Source: Hydrolagus colliei (taxonomy: Eukaryota). From it: DNA of 64,000 bases. Positions 25,035 to 38,539 of the stretch are shown piece after piece. The DNA is taken from the NCBI GenBank assembly GCA_035084275.1, contig JAYJKW010000344.1, positions 248,001 to 312,000 of the forward strand, read 5' to 3'. The number at the start of each line of letters is the position of its first letter. Within the stretch, counting starts at the first letter, position 1. A program made the position numbers and the translations under genes. The notes below the pieces were generated by a model. That model was not told where the DNA came from. It made no database searches and was given only the letters and a program-made list of their open reading frames with translations.

Positions 25035-26039
25035 GTAAGAGCTCAGTAACTTCCCACACAACAACATAATTGACTTTGTACCATATACAGCTGCTCCTCT
25101 TGTAACCACCCTTTACACCACGAGATTATATTTCCGCGTTGTCTCCTGATGTCACCTGGAGTGTTTTCCCCAGTCGTACAATTATCCATGCGATAAAGCA
25201 GTTTCCAGACCCCACCCACCAAGTGATACCGACGCTGCAGAGATACTCCTGTGTGCAGTGCTCCCTTTTCCCCCCTCTTCACATCTCTCAGCAGGTAGAC
25301 TTTTTTTTGCCAAATTGAATGCAATGGCCAGAATAAGGGATGAGTAAGGGGCCACGAGGTTAATTCCTGGGATGAGGGGACAGACGTATGAGATCAGAAG
25401 ATTATCCATGATCTTATCGAATAGCGGGGCAGGCTGGATGTCCTACTCCTGCTACTAATTCTTATGTTCTTATGTTCTAATAACATGGATCTGACATTGC
25501 CTGAAGACATAAGGGAGAACGTGGCGATGAACAGTTGCACTTCAGGCTGGAGCACAGTATACAGTGCTATTCCCATTGTTCAGGATTAGTTAAACTGCTG
25601 TTTGTAATCTAGATTAATGACCTGCTCTTTGATATAGAGAGTGACGTTTAGAAATGCAAAGATGACGAAAAAAACTGGAAATGCAGTAAATTTGAGGTGG
25701 ATGGCAACAGATTTCAGGGGTGTGTGGACAGACTGATGGAATAGGCAAACGCACAGAAGAAGCAACTTAATGCAGATCAGTGTGAAGTGATGTATTCTCA
25801 GAGGAGGAAAGGGGAGAGACAATACACTGTATAGTATAGGATAACATTTTAAAGGTGAGGAGTAGGCGCAGAGACAAATGGGGTTTCCATTAAAAAAACT
25901 GAAAGCTTCCTGCCAACGTGACCCGAATCTCTTGAAATCCTCAGTCTATTCCACAACAGCAGCAACAACTTGCACTTATATGGTACCACGCAGAGTTGCA
26001 TCTTAGAGCGCTTCTCCTTCTCATATCTTCATCCATGTT

Positions 26040-26640
26040 TAAACTCCCATGGCTGCTGTTGCCTCCCCATCTAATTTGCTTCACATTGCACAGGATCAGT
26101 GCGGTTATGCCAGATGCCGTTTACCTTGGAATTATTCAAATGCAATTTATTGTTTCCATCCATTTCAATTCACGCTCACATTCAAAGACTGATCTCTCCA
26201 TCCGTGGTCTCCTGCGCTGGTCCAGCGACCCACAGCGGATGCTTGAGGAACAGCAACTCATCTATCTACTGGGGACCCTACAGCCCTCTGGCGTCAACAT
26301 TAGATTCATCCATTTCAGACCATAAGAGCTCCCCCTCCTCCATGATAATCATCACTTCACCTCTTCTTCCCAGTTTTGATTCGACCCATCCCTTTTTGTT
26401 CCCCACCGCTCCCATCTCTTTAACCCAACAATTAATACTTTTCTTCCATTGTCTTCTTTGTATACTTTGTCGTCATTGCCCTAACCCCCCCTGGTTAACT
26501 TGTCATTAAAAACCTCTCCGTGCCAACAAGCCGCACTTCTAACAAAGGGCTGTGGACCCGAAACGCTGTCTCAATTTTCTCTCTGCATGGATGCTGCCTG
26601 ACTCGCTGAATTTTCCCTGCAACTTCAGTTTTTGTTTGCT
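26040..26640 (+). mobile_element. Penelope-like element, GIY-YIG C-terminus and 3' terminus
   Basis: HFNSRSHSKTDLSIRGLL...RMLEEQQLIYLLGTLQPSGVNIRF; then cccgaaacgctgtc...gatgctgcctgactcgctgaatttt. Confidence 0.8.
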
Positions 26641-26729
26641 ATCGCAACATACACGTGTTTTCCATTCTTTTGGACACGCTGCTGACAGATGTAACCTTTG
26701 TTAATGGAATAATCATGTCTATCTCCCAG

Positions 26730-26878
26730 GTTCCTGGAATATGATGAAAATTGTAAACAGTGTGAGGATCAGTCTGGCGATCGGAGTGTTGCTGGTGACT
26801 ATTCTCCTGGTCGTGGTGGAATGCCGACCAGCAAAACCAGACACCAACCAGGAAAGGGTTATCCAGAATACCTGCTGA
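26730..26878 (+). CDS. TM/short cytoplasmic exon of the LRC-type receptor, with Arg at the TM N-terminus (activating type)
   Basis: atctcccag acceptor, phase 1: (G/R)SWNMMKIVNSVRISLAIGVLLVTILLVVVECRPAKPDTNQERVIQNTC*. The N-x-x-R pattern before a hydrophobic stretch resembles LILRA/FCAR NLIR; no ITIM in the tail. Confidence 0.75.
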
Positions 26879-27339
26879 CCTCTACACTGATCTCCCCTCA
26901 AAGCTCAGAAACCAGTTACCTCAGATTATCATCTGAATCAGACAATGGCATATTTCTCTTTCTCTTGATATGATTTCCTGCCTTTGCCTTTGCTCACACG
27001 CTTTGATCCACTCTCTTCCAAATTATCTGTCTGACTCCTGTAACCGGATGTGGATTTGACCACTTGAAGGCTGAGCGGCTGCACGCACAAGAAAATTACA
27101 AGTTCAGTAACAACTGTCAGGTATCATTTACCAACTTTCGCTTCAGAAAATCGTCTCAAACTAATTTTCCACGTTAACTGGAATGCAGGTTTTCTTTCAG
27201 TAAGCGTTGCTAGCACATATTTCTAAATATTTTTAGAAATGAATATTTTTTGATTTGTTAAGAGCATTTTTAACGCTTTGATGTGTTTGTTACATATAAT
27301 AAGATGAGCTCACGTTTATATTTTCATAGTGCCGTTCAA

Positions 27340-27625
27340 GAGCAATTGCGCTAAGAAATCTATGAACTTTTGTGCTGAAAACCTTTGAGACAGTTTCCTT
27401 ATTCCACGTGGCTTATTATACTCCGTCCCAATAAAACCACGACAATAAAATTGCTCATTTTAATCCACGACTGTTTCTGGGGGACGCTGCTGTGCGTAAA
27501 TGGCTGGCGGAATTCACCCACAAAACACACAGTCAATTCATTTTACAACATACTCTGTGAAGCGCCATGAGACGTCGATTAGATGTGAAAAGCCCTAAAT
27601 CGAATGCAAGGATTATTATTATTAC
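27340..27625 (+). mobile_element. tRNA-derived SINE
   Basis: Body ccacgactgtttctgggggacgctgctgtgcg; tail catgagacgtcgattagatgtgaaaagccc...gcaaggattattatt. Confidence 0.75.
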
Positions 27626-28221
27626 TAAACAGTCAGGTATTTCACCATATAACTGTTTTTTTTCAGATTTTTTGTGCAGCATCGAGGTTATGTTGAGATG
27701 TTCCAAAGATTAATCTTTAAAAAGTACTCCCTTGGCTTGGCAGGACATGTCTTGACGATAAGGATTGTAACAGGTGATAAGTTGGACGAAAAGTGTATGA
27801 AAATGTTTTGGATGATGATAATACATGAGCGGTGATGTGCATTTGGGGATTGAGGGGGGGGGGGGGGGGGGGAGGGGGATATTAAATCCAGCTGTGGTCC
27901 CTTACTGCTGTAGGTTTTACAGTTGTTGTCCAGCGGGGAAGGGATGTTTTGAAGAGATGGTCTGCGTACTGAATTGCTGTAAAATAATTGATTATTAAGG
28001 GGAGGGGTTGAGCAAACAGATCAGGGAAATGCTGTGTGTGTATTGCTCACTGACGTGCGTCAAACCGAACAGTTTCAAGAGGGAAGAAGAAGTCAATAGA
28101 TGCAAATTAGCAAAGCTACCTTGCTGTACCGGCTCATAGCTGCATACAGGATACTTTCACAAAGTATCACCTGTCTCTTTGCGTTTGATTATCTCGGAGT
28201 TAGAACTCTGAAAATCTGTTA

Positions 28222-28261
28222 CTCCTGTAGCTCAGTGGTTAGAGCACTTGCCTTACAAGCC
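28222..28261 (+). mobile_element. SINE tRNA-like head (5' 40 nt only)
   Basis: ctcctgtagctcagtggttagagcacttgccttacaagc matches the SINE heads at 9817 and 48.5 kb. Confidence 0.75.
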
Positions 28262-29097
28262 AGCGCCTCCGCACATCGGGCGCCGCCAGCCTCAATATCC
28301 AAGGCTGTACTCTCCACCTCACAAAGCCAGTCAGGAACCTCGGCATCATGTTCGATCAAAAACTTTCCTTCCTCCCCCACATCCGCGCCTTGACCGGCAC
28401 CGCCTATTTCCATCTGCGCAACATTGCCAGGCTCCGCAACTATCTTATCCCCCGCGCTGCCGAAACACTCGTGCACGCATACATCACCTCACGGCTGGAC
28501 TATGTAAACTCTCTCTTCGTCGGCCTCCCCAGTTCCTCCATTCACAGGCTGCAGGCCATCCAAAACTCTGCAGCCCGTGTACTATCCCGCACCCGACTCC
28601 GCGACCACATAACCCCCACCCTCGCCCGTCTCCACTGACTCCCCATCCTCCAGAGGATCGAGATTAAGATCCTCGTCCTCACCTACATGGCCTTACACGG
28701 CCTTGCCCCATCCTACCTAGCCGATCTACTCTCCCTCTACACGCCCACCCGGACCTTCCGTTCAACAGGACTTGGCCTGCTCCAAGCCCCCCGCCTGAAC
28801 CGCCCCACCATCGGAGGCCGGGCCTTCAGTTTCTCTGCTCCTACCCTATGGAATGCCATCCCTCAATCCCTCCGTCTCGTCTCTTCCCTTTCCTTTTTCA
28901 AGGCCGGTTTGAAGACTTTCCTCTTCGACCATGCCTTTTCTTCCACCCCGAACTTTTCGACCTCCCATTCGTGTTTCACCCATTCCCAAACACTCCCCTC
29001 CCAGCTCGGGTCACACGCCTCCTGTGCAGCGCCTTGGGACGTCCTCCCGAGGTGAAAGGGGCTCTATAAATGTAATTTGTTGTTATTTTTGTTGTTG
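28262..29097 (+). mobile_element. L2 LINE 3' portion, well preserved
   Basis: VRNLGIMFDQKLSFLPHI...TSRLDYVNSLFVGLP...RLQAIQNSAARVL...TIGGRAFSFSAPTLWN...LKTFLFDHAF; one TGG>TGA stop at 28636; tail (ttg)n. Confidence 0.95.
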
Positions 29098-29899
29098 GAT
29101 ACTTCGGCACGTTTTGCAAATACAACGACAACAACAAAATTACATTTGTACAGTGCCTTTCATGTCAGCAGGACGTCCCAAAGGAGTTGCGAAGTTATTA
29201 ATTCTGACCCCAGCTGAGGATAGTAGGGGATGGAAAGATTGCCGATGGTTCGATCAAAGAGGAGAGTCCTGAGGCGAGAATTGAAGGAGGCTATGGAGAA
29301 GGAGAGGCGGATTCTTATATTGCATGTGGTCTAAGGAATGTTGCCCAGCCGGGAACTATATGCACATATCTCACTGGTGAGGAGATGCTCAACCACTAAG
29401 CTACACTAATCGAACTTCCTGTCATCTGTCCTAAAATTAGCCCTTTAATGTTCAAAACATGTTTTCTTTAATCTACTCTCGTGGGACATCTTCATGCATT
29501 GTTCTGGCTTTACGTTTCTATTCCAATTTAAGTATTGCCCTCCTCCATGCACTCGCCTCTGAGTCATAAGTTCTTAACTATATAAATGGTGGACAAGATG
29601 TATAAACATGTACATATCTTTAATTCTGTTCTTGGGAGTCATAATCTAAAATGTCGTTAGTTATGTTGAGTATAGCTCAATGTTCTGTACCATAGACTGG
29701 TACGATGTTGATCGCAATCGTTTACAATTCACGACTGTTCGTGGGACACTGTTGTGTGTAATTGGCTGCCGCATTTCACCCACAAATGTATAGTCAATTC
29801 ACATTACATTGTATTCTGTGAGCACTCGGAGACGTCGATTAGATATGAAAAGCACTATACCAAATGAAGGGATTGTTAGTATTATTTATGCTTAAAACT

Positions 29900-31800
29900 A
29901 ATCATAGAATTGTATGGCACAACAGGAGGCCATTAGGACCATCTATCATGCGTCGGCTCTTTGAAAAGACCAACTGATACCCAGTTCCTCACTCTCTCCC
30001 CATAACCTTACAGACTCGTTCTTCCTAAATAAATATTGGATTATCTTTTAAAAGCTGTTATCGAATCGGCCTCGACCACCTTTTCAGGGAATGCATTCCA
30101 GATTCGAACAACCGGCTGATTGAATACATTTCTCCTCAGCTCCCCTCTTCCTCGTTTTGAAACTATATTAAATCTGTAACAACGAAACAGAGATTCGCGC
30201 ACCAGTGGCAACAGTTTTTCCTTATTCACCCTGGCGAATCCTATGATGATTTTTTAAACCTCTATCAGGTTTTATAAACCTCTATTAGGTCTCTGTTGTA
30301 GAGAAAATCTATCTAGCCTATCTAGTCTTTCCTCATAACTGAAGTCGCCCGATACAGATACCATCCTAGTAAACCTTCTTTGCACCCTTTCCAATTCCTT
30401 AATATACTTTTTATAGTGTGGTGACCAGAATTTATCACAGTGCTACAGCTGAAAACTAACCAAAGTTTTATAGAGGTTAGTCAGCACTTCATGAATTTTG
30501 TACGTTATAGCCCCTGGGGGACACAGCGTTATCCCTCGCGTTCGGTATTGAGACCACTGATCTTCCTGATATATATTGATGATCTGGACTTGGGCATAGA
30601 GAGAATTATTTCCAAGTTTGCAGGTGATACAAAGTTAGATAGGGTAGTAAATAGAGAGGAGGACGGAAACCAACTGTAAGCAGACATTCACAGAATGGTG
30701 GAATGGGCCGACGTGTGGCAGATGGATATGAATTTGGATAAGTGTGAGGTAATACACTTAGGTTGGAAAAATTATAGGAGCCAATATAAACTTTGCAGCT
30801 CAATCTTAAGGAGGGGTGAACGTAGAGCGAGATCTGGGTGTTAAAGTAAATGAATCATTTAAGGTAGCAGGGCAGGTAGATCAGGCAGTAAAAAAGGCAT
30901 TTGGTGTGCTGAGCTTGATTAGTAGGGGCATATAGTATAAGAGTAGGAGGTTATGGTTAATCTATACAAAACATTGGTTGAGCCTCAGCTGGAGTACTGC
31001 GTCCAGCTCTGCGCACCTTACTACAGGAATGACATTAAGGCACTGTGCCATATCATTCTATGGCTCTATGTTTCAATGATTTATAAAGCCTAGTATCCCA
31101 TATGCCTTCTTAATGGCTTTGACTACCTGTCCTGTCAAGCAACTAAGAAGGCATGCGGCATGTTATTGTTCATCTCTAAAGCTATAGAGTACAAGAGCAT
31201 GGAAGTCTTGCTGCAACTATATAGGGTCCTGGTTAGACCGCATCTTGAGTATTGTGAGCAGTTTGGGTCTCCTTACTTAATAAAGGACATACCTGCCTTA
31301 GAGGGTGTGCAGCGTAGTTTCACTAGGTTAGTTACTGGGATGTGGGGACTGACCTATGAGGATAGGTTAAATAGACTAGTGTTATGTTCTCTGGAGTACA
31401 GAATAATTCGGGGAGATCTGATTGAAACATATAAGATTCTTAAAGGGGTGGATCAATTGGACAGTGAGGGACTGTTTCCCTTGTAGGAGAATCTGTAATC
31501 AGGAGACATAGTCGTAAAATTAAGGGGCAGCCTTTTAGAACAGAGTTGAGGAAAAATTTCTTCACTCAAAGGTTAGTGAATTTATGGAGTTCACTACTCC
31601 AGAATGCTGTAGATGCTCAGTCCTTGAACATATTCAAGAGTGGTACTGATAGATTTTTAACATAGAGATGTATTAGAGGATATGGGAATAGGGCAGGTAA
31701 TTAGAGTTAGACCAGAAGATCAGCCATGATCTTTTCAAATGGCGAGGCAGGCTCGATGGGCCGAATGGCCTACTCCTGCTCCTAATTATTTTGTTCTTAT
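29900..31800. mobile_element. Compound CR1 cluster (minus 3' end 29900-30490, plus RT 30500-31030, plus 3' portion of a second subfamily 31140-31800)
   Basis: SKFAGDTKL; KAIEYKSMEVLLQLYRVLVRPHLEYC; CR1 tails at both outer ends. Confidence 0.9.
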
Positions 31801-34645
31801 GTCTTGCCTGCTACAAAGAGTTACTAGCATGTCTGTCTCTGAGTTCCCATTCACCCCTTAAAATTGTAGTATCCAACATATATTGCCTACGCTCATTTCT
31901 TCTCCCATAATGTATCACCTAACATTTCTCAGCATTAAACTTCATCATCGATGTCTTCTAGAAAATAATATCTGGGTGTATAGTACTGTAGTGCACAACT
32001 CGAGTGGATTCTGCAGTGACAGCAAACTGGATGGACCTTAGAGGTGTATCTTCAAGCAACTTCTTGTATTTTTATGGTCTTTGATAAGGATCCTTGGATT
32101 TGATATAGTGAACTGTTTGATAGATGCCTGCTCACATTGCTTCACAAATGATGTAGTAAAGTGGAATAAATTTACTATGTTACAATGTTGAGAATATGTT
32201 TGTGTGGTAAATAGTGTTCCACGAAAAAAGAATGCATTCAATATCCAATTAAATTTAGTAGACAAGTGGCCAGGGCAATGGGAGTAACTCCCATAACTTC
32301 TGCATATTGCCATTTGATCATTCAAATCCAAGCGAACACTCATAAAGTTTAACATCTCATTCTAAATTTGGTATGCCGAGCTCTGCACTGAGCGGGTCAC
32401 GTTAGACAGTATAGTCTGAATTCCCAAGGTGGAGATTGAATACTCTACCAATAGACTGAGCCATGAGATTGGTACCAGTGGGCCACACTGACCCATGTTA
32501 GTGTATGGCTTTTGAAACAAAAAAGACGATGAATAACTCTAAGGAATAAGAGAATGCTGACTTGGAATGATGTGAGGTATATTCAGAACAAATTGGTAGA
32601 ATGCCTAGTGCAGTGAGTGTGCAGTAAGATGATAAAACCAGCTAACGATATGTGATAAAATCATTTAAAGCAGGAAATATCACTTGTTTCAATCAAAAAT
32701 TAGATTTTCTATTAGGAAAATAATATCTCAGGTTATTATATAGTTTGTGACTCGATATGTCAGGCAATTACTGAGGTGGACGTAGAACTTAGTGGACATT
32801 TTTCTTGGTTCACCTAGCAAATTTTTAGGTTCTTACAGATGTAATCTCTGGATTTTGTGTAGTGCTTGCTCACATATGTTGAAGGCCGCAAAGCGCTTCC
32901 TATCTGTCATTGTGGAATGGAGTGAAACAAGGCAGCACGGTTGCTCTCAGCAATGCTCCATCAACCGCCAAGTTAATGCAGGAAAGTCAATGTGTAACAG
33001 TGTAAAGTATATTTCTCCATGATCAGTAATTCTCTTTGTTCCTGGCTAAAGTTACACGTGCACCTGAGTTGTAGCTAAGCACAGTCCCTGGGGCCCCAAA
33101 TTATTATTTATCACAAACCTGTACTGAATACACTCAGGTATTAGTCATGTAGGGCTCTCGCCACCAGGTGGAATGTCAGCATCCAATTATACACACCACG
33201 TGATTTCTTTTCGTAAGGGATTTACATGAGAATAACTTATTTGTATATTAATTTATACAACTTTTCCATGACGATGTGGCAAAGTTGCTAACTGGAGCGT
33301 TCCATTTCGATTCATATAAACCTCCGGTATACGGTCTCCATCTTATTGGAGTGAGCTACTCTCTGTACCAAGAGGGGGTTTCATTGGTTCTCTGCCAGGA
33401 TGTTAACTCCACTAATCTACAGGATCCAATACATTTACTACCCGATTCTCGCATGTGTCGGAGTCCCTGGCAAGTGATATGACCATATACAAGGCTTAGA
33501 TCAATGTGCAGTTCAGTTTTCAGGCTGACAGTGTGTGTAGCTCTCACTGACTCTCTGAATCAGAAAGCTGTGGTTTCTAACACTCAGTCAAGTCACTGAC
33601 CTCAAACTGGAGACTGAAAATCATATACTGTGCTGGCGAGTGAGCTCCCATGTGGGAGCTGATTGATTTACAGTGAGAAGCTAAGGAGGGCGGCCTGTCA
33701 CTTCTGTTCTACATTAAATATGTGGTGTGTTTTAAATCCTGAAAATGTTAAGTGATAGTGTTTGCTTCCTATTCAAGACACAGTGTGCATTTCACGGTTA
33801 AACGCGTTAAGTGTTGACCTCTCAGTAGTCTTTGTGTATTTTACGAGAGCAATTTGTACCTGATGCTCATACCCTATTCCAACAATTTTTGTTAATGCAA
33901 ACTTGTTGCTTATACTCACTGGTAACAGTTAGCAGCCTGCGAGCCTCCAGTGGGAGAGGGAGCATTCTGTGCCATACATGGTTGATTTATATTTTTCAGT
34001 GCTACAGCCTCGTGGGTCCAGTTTATATATATTTATCTATATATAGGGGCAAATATTTGAATGAACTGCACCTGGATGATGTTAACAAACCTTTGGTTTA
34101 ACTCATTGAGCATTACTGTAAGCCTCTTTTGGGTCTCACATAGGAGTGTAAGAGTGAGACGCATATTGAACTCACACTGGAGACTGAGACTCAATGGCGG
34201 TGGGAGAGCTGGGTTGATGGAGCACCTGCCATGCTAACCTGCCTTGTTAACTTTCTATCTGCAGTTTGTGAAGCAGAAACTTGTACGGCAATATGTAGTC
34301 TTAATCCATGGTAGAAAAGGTATTGGTAGCCATTGTAAAAGTGATATTAATACACATTTGCTAATGTAAAAAATCACTGTAATATGTTCTTAACATGTTG
34401 CAGTATGCAGAGGTTTTATTAAGCCTAATCTTCTTGTATCACTACGTTGATTACTATCGGTATGATGACCACATGTTATAAATTTCCATTGTCAAAATGC
34501 AAAGGACTTGTTATAGTGGAATTTCGCGTTCACAGACGGGGAGTCGTATTATTTTTACAGTGGCTAACAATAGGTAATCTACCGTCGTCCAAATATCTCA
34601 AAGAGCTGTACAGGATTCTGCTTTAAACCCTGCAGCCGTATATAG

Positions 34646-34809
34646 ATGTTACTCAGGCCGGCAGCACACTGTATAATATGACTCTCATGTTACTCAGGCA
34701 GGCAGCACGTTGTATATTCTGACTCTCATGTTACTCAGGCAGGCAGCACACTGTATAATCTGACTCCTATGTTACTCAGGCAGGCAGCACACTGTATAAT
34801 CTGACTCTC
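34646..34809. repeat. Minisatellite, 4 x 41 bp
   Basis: Unit atgttactcaggcaggcagcacactgtataatctgactctc starting at 34646, 34687, 34728 and 34769. Confidence 0.95.
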
Positions 34810-35089
34810 GTGACATCAGCTCCAACAGTGGGGCTCTCTCTCCTTGTGTGTTTGTGTCTCAGCCTCCACTGTGGCGTCAGTGTCCCAATAGAAGGCTGGC
34901 ACATTGACCACAGGCCTATAGCAGAGGCTGGTTACCATAAAAAGGAATCCTCTTCATTCAACTTGTTGCTTTAAATATAGATTCAAATAAGATCCACTTG
35001 CCCTCATCACTCACAAATTACACTGTAGAAAACGAACATTTCCCTCTCCTTTGAGTCTGGCGAACAATCGCCATGTTAAATATATGAAA

Positions 35090-35340
35090 ACAATAAACAA
35101 CAATTATCCTTGAGTTTGATATGGCGCTTTGCATGTCTTCTCAGCGTCTCAAATCGCTTCACCGTGTATATTGTAAAGGGAGTTGACTGAAAAGTTGTGG
35201 GCAACTTTGCTTCTTTTACTACACGGCTATTTGTGAGATATTGTTTTTTTGCAAATGAGCTTATTTGGCTACGGAATACAGAGGCAAAATAATTCTGCGT
35301 AAACACTGTGATGGATGAGGTAAAAAAAATCATATTAGCA
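35090..35340 (-). mobile_element. tRNA-derived SINE, 3' part
   Basis: Reverse complement contains cccacaacttttcagtcaactc...aagcgatttgagacgctg...tgcaaagcgccatatcaaactcaaggataattg. Confidence 0.6.
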
Positions 35341-38300
35341 ACTAAATGTGTAACTCGGTTGAAAGTGACGGGAAAGTTTTCTTATATTTGTGTACAAAGA
35401 AACAATGCACTACAATTTACATGTTGTTAGTGGCTGTGCTCCATTGTTGGACATGTTATCCGACAGCAACTGTTTGAATTAAGGAAACAAAGTTGATTTC
35501 AACAAGCCTGTGTTTAATGCTCGTGTACATTATCCTATGTGTCACACTCGAATTCGAGACTGAACCACAAAGGGAGACTTCTTTGCTGTCTGTAAGTGTG
35601 AAGATTCCGCCTGCCTTGTTAGCTTTTCATTTGCAGTCTTTAACGCATATTCACTTAGAGCAATTTGTTAGATTTGGACAGTGGAGAAAGATTATTGCTA
35701 ATTATTGTCAATAAAAAGTTAACAACTATACGCAAATGTAAAATATCACTGTAATATATCTATTCGGTTGGCTTTATATGGGAACTTTTATTCAGCTAAA
35801 TGTTCTATTAGCAACCTTCTCGAATTGGTAGCATTAGTTGTATTGTTTTATTGCTCACATTATTCGCTTCTAATGCCAGTTTGCTAAGTGAGTGTTAATG
35901 GTTGTACTTTACATTAACAGATGCGTATGAACGACATTTGTACACTGACTAGCATGGAGTATTCTCCATTGTCCAAAACTCTCATAGAGCTGTGAAGGAT
36001 TCAGCTATATATTCTGCAGTCATATTCAAATATTAGTGAGGCAGGCAGAACACTATATATTCCCACTCTAATAATATTATACTAACAATGCAACACTTTC
36101 TATTTGACTCTAAGTCTCGAGCATGAGGTGAGTGAATAATTGTTTTATTTTTTTCCTTGACGAATTATAATCAGGATTTTGGGGCAGGACGTTTTGCACA
36201 ATATTTGATGCCGGGAATCGAATCCAGGTTTCCCGCTTGTGTGGCAAGTCCACCAACACGTGAGTTGCAGGATAATGCAATGTGTAATAGCATTCCTTAT
36301 TCTTACTGGTCAATCATTCAATATTTCAACACAAGCAGAAAAGTGCGGGATGGAGGGTGAATTGATGCAATTGCCTTGATAAGAAGAGAAGTTCTACACA
36401 CACATGGATCCCAATGAGGCGAAAACAGGCGGTAAACAGTTATGTGGGTTAGGGGAAGTTCGCGGTAATAAAGAGAAGACAGGATGTAAAGGTGTTGCGT
36501 TCATTTAGAGAGAAAATATTGAAAACTACTGTAGAATACAGAGTTGTGGCTTTGGTTCAAGCACGATTGGACTCAGTGCAACCTGCTCCTGCATGGATTC
36601 ACCTTTTTGCAAACCAAGTGTGGCTGAAACAACATAGAGATGGAGGAGGACAAGGAGAATGGTTGGAGAAGCATAAAATGTGGAGGGCTAAATACATAAA
36701 GTACACTGGAGATTAGACAGCAGTTGAACTATTCGCAGGGAAGTAGGGTATGATGATGGGAATGCTGACGCTGTTTGGGAAGTGAACTTTTTCCATTATT
36801 CACGACCATCGGTGTGGGAGAGCAGGCGACGGTCGGAGATCAATAGCTGTACGAGGAAGGATAATATAGAATTCAATTTCATGTGGTCGACAAAGGTGAA
36901 TAACTGCTACTGTATGCAGTTTACACACATTTTCATACTTTAGCATGAATGTTCTTAACTTTCCGTAGTATCAAATTTGTGCCAAGACAGCAATGTTTTT
37001 CTCATATATCTTTTAAAATACAGAATAAATTAATTGAAACGTCCCACATCAGTAAGATGATGGTAAGGTAATGCTTGAGCAAATGTTAACGAATTTAGTA
37101 AGGTAAACTGTAATATATAGACATGGATTGGTTAAAGATAATCAACATAAATGTGTTAATAGGAAGGGAATTCAATTTAGCCCGTGCTATATATAATTTA
37201 GTGACGGAGGTGGAAGCAGTATATGCGCAATCTTCTGTATAAAGTTACTGCTCCTGAAATAGTGATTAGCACATCTCCAAGATGGCTCACTGTGTTTGAA
37301 AGAAGCTACAACAAAGTGGATAGACGGCTTGTTTGTTGATGAAGCTCAGAAACCAAAAGGCACACATCAGAGTGGCACAAAGTGGCGTGGGTGGAAATGA
37401 AAATTATATTCTTGTTATTTCCTTGAGGAAATAATTTCTTCAATAATTTCCTTATTTCCTTAAGCATTCTGAGATGCCGTCCGACGAAAAGGGCGTTATA
37501 TAAATCGAAGCTATTGTTGTTGTTCTGGAGGGATTATTATTATGTATAGAATGTAAGGAATCATGATTTCTTCCTACAAATTTCCTCACTTGCGATGTGT
37601 GTGCTCTAAGTACTACACCACGGACTACCACGCTGGAGTACTCCATTGTAGGAAATATATTTTGCTTGGAAGTGAGGCGTGTAAGGGACGACAACATTGC
37701 AGCCAATTGGCAAAGCCGTGCCCCACAAACATTCATTGATGAACCGTTACATTTGATTCCAGTTGTTGACCGTTGAATTGGTGGGCTGAGTGGATTTGGT
37801 GAGAACGTTTGACGGAGAAAAGGAGGGAGAAGAATGTAGCAGAGGTAGATCAGGAAGCTATCGAGGTGTTCGGAGCAGAATGAGAGGGGTGTTAGTGGGG
37901 GGAAGACTTGGCGGTGCGATAGATGAGCGATAGATAGATGAGCTGGATTTTGAGATTTACAATTGAAGGGTGATAATTTGTAGGGTGAACAAAGGACGGC
38001 TATTTGTGATGACAGAGGAGAAAGGGCATAGGTCAACGTAGCGAGGTATGATGGAGGGTATAGACGACCGGTGTGGTTTCTGTCAGGGGAAAAGTTTGCG
38101 CCAGGTGAGACCCAGGTATTCGTAAGGGCGAAAATGTCGATGTTTTCATCTCAATAAGTTGCTGGATGGTGCGTGTTTTATTAGAGTGGGAATGGACATA
38201 TTGTAAGTTGATCCAGGGGAGATGGTTGGTGCGAAAATAAACGACTACAACAAAAAAAATACATTGATGGAGCGCCTTTCACGACGGGCGGATGTCGCAG

Positions 38301-38539
38301 GAGACGGTAATGTTGGATAATTAATGGTCGCGATAGTGGTGTTGCGAATGGTCAACACACCGTCAATCTGGTGCAACAAACAATCAGGAAGTGAGATGCC
38401 CTGGCAACTCACTCATTTTAACTTGAATCCTGGCGCACCCATTCCACTTCAACCTTTCGCTCTGCTCGGCTGGCTCCAGGCTACTGCTTATACCCAGTGG
38501 CATCTACCCATTCTGTTGAGTATAACCAGTACAACAACA

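Noticed and set aside
34646-34809. CRISPR-like array
   Set aside because: Head-to-tail units with no unique spacers, in a vertebrate genome
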